A DNA stretch of 64,000 nucleotides, taken from positions 32,426,001 through 32,490,000 of the forward strand of contig NC_045701.1 of the NCBI RefSeq assembly GCF_009834535.1. The letters are read 5' to 3'. The translations under genes and the position numbers were made by a program. This DNA is from Camelus ferus (lineage: Eukaryota). Under the pieces are notes generated by a model. The model saw only the letters and a list, made by a program, of their open reading frames with translations. It did no database searches and was not told the origin of the DNA. Shown in pieces: positions 61,690 through 64,000 of this stretch (the first letter of the stretch is position 1; the number at the start of each line of letters is the position of its first letter).

Positions 61690-62300
61690 TCCTCGAAGTT
61701 ACATCATGTGCAGGGGGCGAGGCGGAGCGGTGGGGCGGGGCCTCGGGGAGGGGGAACCTAGGAGAGGACCCAGTCCTCCAATGGGAGACAGGGGTTTGGG
61801 GGCTAGGACGCAGGGGGTGGGGCGGCGGCTGGGCGGACCTGGGGCAGGAACCCCAGGGCGGAGAGAGGGTCCTGCCGGCCCTGCTAGATCCCGCCCCTGT
61901 GCCCGCCCGCCTCCTTTTTAAGCGCCTCCCGCCTAGCCTGAGCTCCGGCTGGCTGCGCCACGCTCCCTCCTTCCCCGCCTTCCACATCTCCCCGGCTCCG
62001 TTCCTTCTCGTGGCCACCCCGCAGCCCCTGCCCAGGTGCCATGGCTGCTGTGTACCGCCCCGGCCTGCGGTGAGTGACCCCCAGTCCGGGGCGGACCCTC
62101 ACCTTTCGACGCGCTCACCCTTCGGGGCTGCCAGTTGCACTCTCCTGCTCGCCCGCCCCCATCTGGTTTCTCACCCGAGGAGGAGGTGGGCAGGGGGCGA
62201 GTGTGTCTGGATCCCCTGCCTCTCGGGTCGTGCGTCTCGCCGGAGATCAGGGCGACCTCAGCCGCCCCAGGTCTCTCTGTTTCTGTCCCCTCCTCCCTCT
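61690..62300. promoter_or_regulatory. PCK2: PCK2 CpG-island promoter with a C/EBP-ATF (AARE) element
   Basis: GTTACATCAT at 61698-61707 (TGATGTAAC on the minus strand), GC boxes, TTTTTAA at about 61915-61921, CpG-rich. Confidence 0.8.
62041..62069 (+). CDS. PCK2: Mitochondrial phosphoenolpyruvate carboxykinase, coding exon 1 (gene continues beyond the window)
   Basis: ATG GCT GCT GTG TAC CGC CCC GGC CTG CG|GTGAGT gives MAAVYRPGL(R), matching the PCK2 N-terminus (human MAALYRPGLR), with the expected synteny after NRL. No exon 2 is recognisable before 64000. Confidence 0.9.
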
Positions 62301-63766
62301 CCCTGTTGTGCTGGTCCCTGACCATACCGTCTCTATCTGCCACTCTCAGAACTTCCTTCCCCCTCCTTGCTCGTCCCCGCTGGGCCCAGTCTCCGTGTCT
62401 CCTCCTTTGCTTTACAGATGTAACCCCCTCGTGCCCCAGGTTGCGGTGAGGAGCAGTAGGGCCCTGGGGTCAAGGGTGCACGACCCCCTGGGGATGGAGC
62501 TCAGAGCTCCCTAAAGAAGGTAGAAGGTAAACAGCCTTTCCCTGGTTTCCCCCGACTGGAACCTGGCCAACTGGGACCTGGCGGGAAGCCCCGGGGGCCG
62601 CCAGAGGGACCAGGGACCTGGGCCCCCGCGGGGAAGGGAGGGAGGCAAGGTGGAGGTGGGGGCTAGGTTGCCTTTATTCTCATAAGGCTGGCTTTGTCCC
62701 CTGACAGGATGGGAGCCCCTAGGTGCTGCTTGTCTGCCCTCTCCTCCTTTTCACAGCTTCCTGTCTTCCCTCTGTGGCCTCCCTTTTCCTCAGCTTTGGT
62801 CCCAGAGTCTGAGGGAACCCCCGTCTCTCCCACAGCTGGTTTCACTTGGCCAGCCCTTGTGGGGGTCACTGGAGCAGACAAAAAGGAGAAGGTCCCACTC
62901 AGGGGACTGAAGGAGAATGAGGGAACTTCACAAGAGACTCCCTGAGCCCATCTCCCCCACGGAGAGAAGTTCTCCCCAAGACTGTGTGCCTTTAAAATTA
63001 ATTCTAGAGGGGAACTTCTTTCCCAGGCAGGAACAGACCCAGGTCCCAGGAGCCTTCCTCCTCTGCCCCAGGGCCATATTGGATTTCTACCCTGCTCTAC
63101 CCAGTGGAAGCCACACCAGTTCCCCCTCCAGCCAGGCTCCAGCTCCCACATCTATGGCCTGAGCTTCCCCTCTTCCCCAGGCTTACTCCCTCTGAGTTGA
63201 GCGTCCTGCAGGCTGATGGTCCACCCTGCCACCAACAGCCAAGCTCTCTAAGCATGTGTTCTCCAGGAAGGAGAGCCAGGGAGGGACAGAGTCATGTGGC
63301 TCTGGGCGTGTGGGGCACAGTTTGGTGGGCGAGGCCCTGACATAGGAGGAGGGCAACTTCCCTCTCTTGGCCTTTGCTCTCTCTGGGCCACTCCACCCTG
63401 GGTCCAGGCCAATCAGAGCAGACCCTACCTTTCCCTCTCCTAGGAGTATGAAGGGACAGACTATAGGGACCCTGCTCTCCTACAGATTGGGGCATGAACC
63501 CCAGCCAGTGACATTCCCCAATAGTAAGCCTTCCACACAGTTCAAAAATATCTACCCCAGTGGCAACATTTTATGCAATCCTTATTGGCTCAAGGGGGCA
63601 GCTGCAGATTCAATGCCTGGAACCCCCACATCCAGTCACCCACTCTCTGTACAAGGGCCCTAATCTAGAAACCTGAGACTTACCATCTCAAAGACCAGGT
63701 CCTTTGCTTGAGGCTTTCACAGGCTCACAGCATGCACACCAGAAGAAAAGAATAAAAACAGCTGCC

Positions 63767-63902
63767 CCCTTTTTTTGTTATTGAAGTATAGTTGATTTAC
63801 AATGTTGTGTTAGTTTCAGGTATACAGCAAAATGATTCAGTTTTAATATATATATATATATATATATATTCTTTTTCAGATTCTTTTCCATTATAGGTTA
63901 TT
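63767..63902 (-). mobile_element. 5'-truncated L1 3' tail in PCK2 intron 1 with an AT microsatellite
   Basis: ttgaagtatagttgatttacaatgttgtgttagtttcagg...(at)n...ttccattataggtt. TSD aaaacagctgcc (63755-63766) / aaaacatctgcc (63903-63914). Confidence 0.8.
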
Positions 63903-64000
63903 AAAACATCTGCCTTTTTAACTTATAAAAACTATACTTGAGAAAGAACAGGGATGAGAGCTTCAAACATCAGACACATGAAGCTATCACCTAGGCACCA

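Overview
Mammalian genomic DNA syntenic with the human 14q11.2 block DHRS4-CARMIL3-CPNE6-NRL-PCK2. The species is probably a camelid, inferred from tRNA-Ala-derived SINEs of the vic-1 type and cetartiodactyl-style L1 tails. Spliced coding structures were reconstructed by hand: DHRS4 (+, 8 exons, 279 aa, ends in SRL), CARMIL3/LRRC16B (+, 40 exons, about 1372-1373 aa, one exon wholly and one mostly hidden in N gaps), CPNE6 (+, 15 coding exons, 557 aa), NRL (-, bZIP core hidden in an N gap) and coding exon 1 of PCK2 (+). ERV1/ERVL/MaLR LTRs, L1, L2, MER5 and SINE remnants cluster in 0.4-21 kb and 54-64 kb. Best leads: (1) an apparent frameshift in the NRL tail that bypasses the ancestral stop and gives a novel C-terminus 24 aa longer than human; (2) MER41-like solo LTRs with STAT motifs in and upstream of DHRS4; (3) a solo LTR sitting exactly between two copies of a roughly 135-bp direct repeat; (4) two candidate retroposed mRNA 3' ends; (5) an overlapping uORF in CARMIL3. 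No prokaryotic-type system (CRISPR, operon) is present. Reference-protein and repeat-consensus comparisons are from memory, not from searches.
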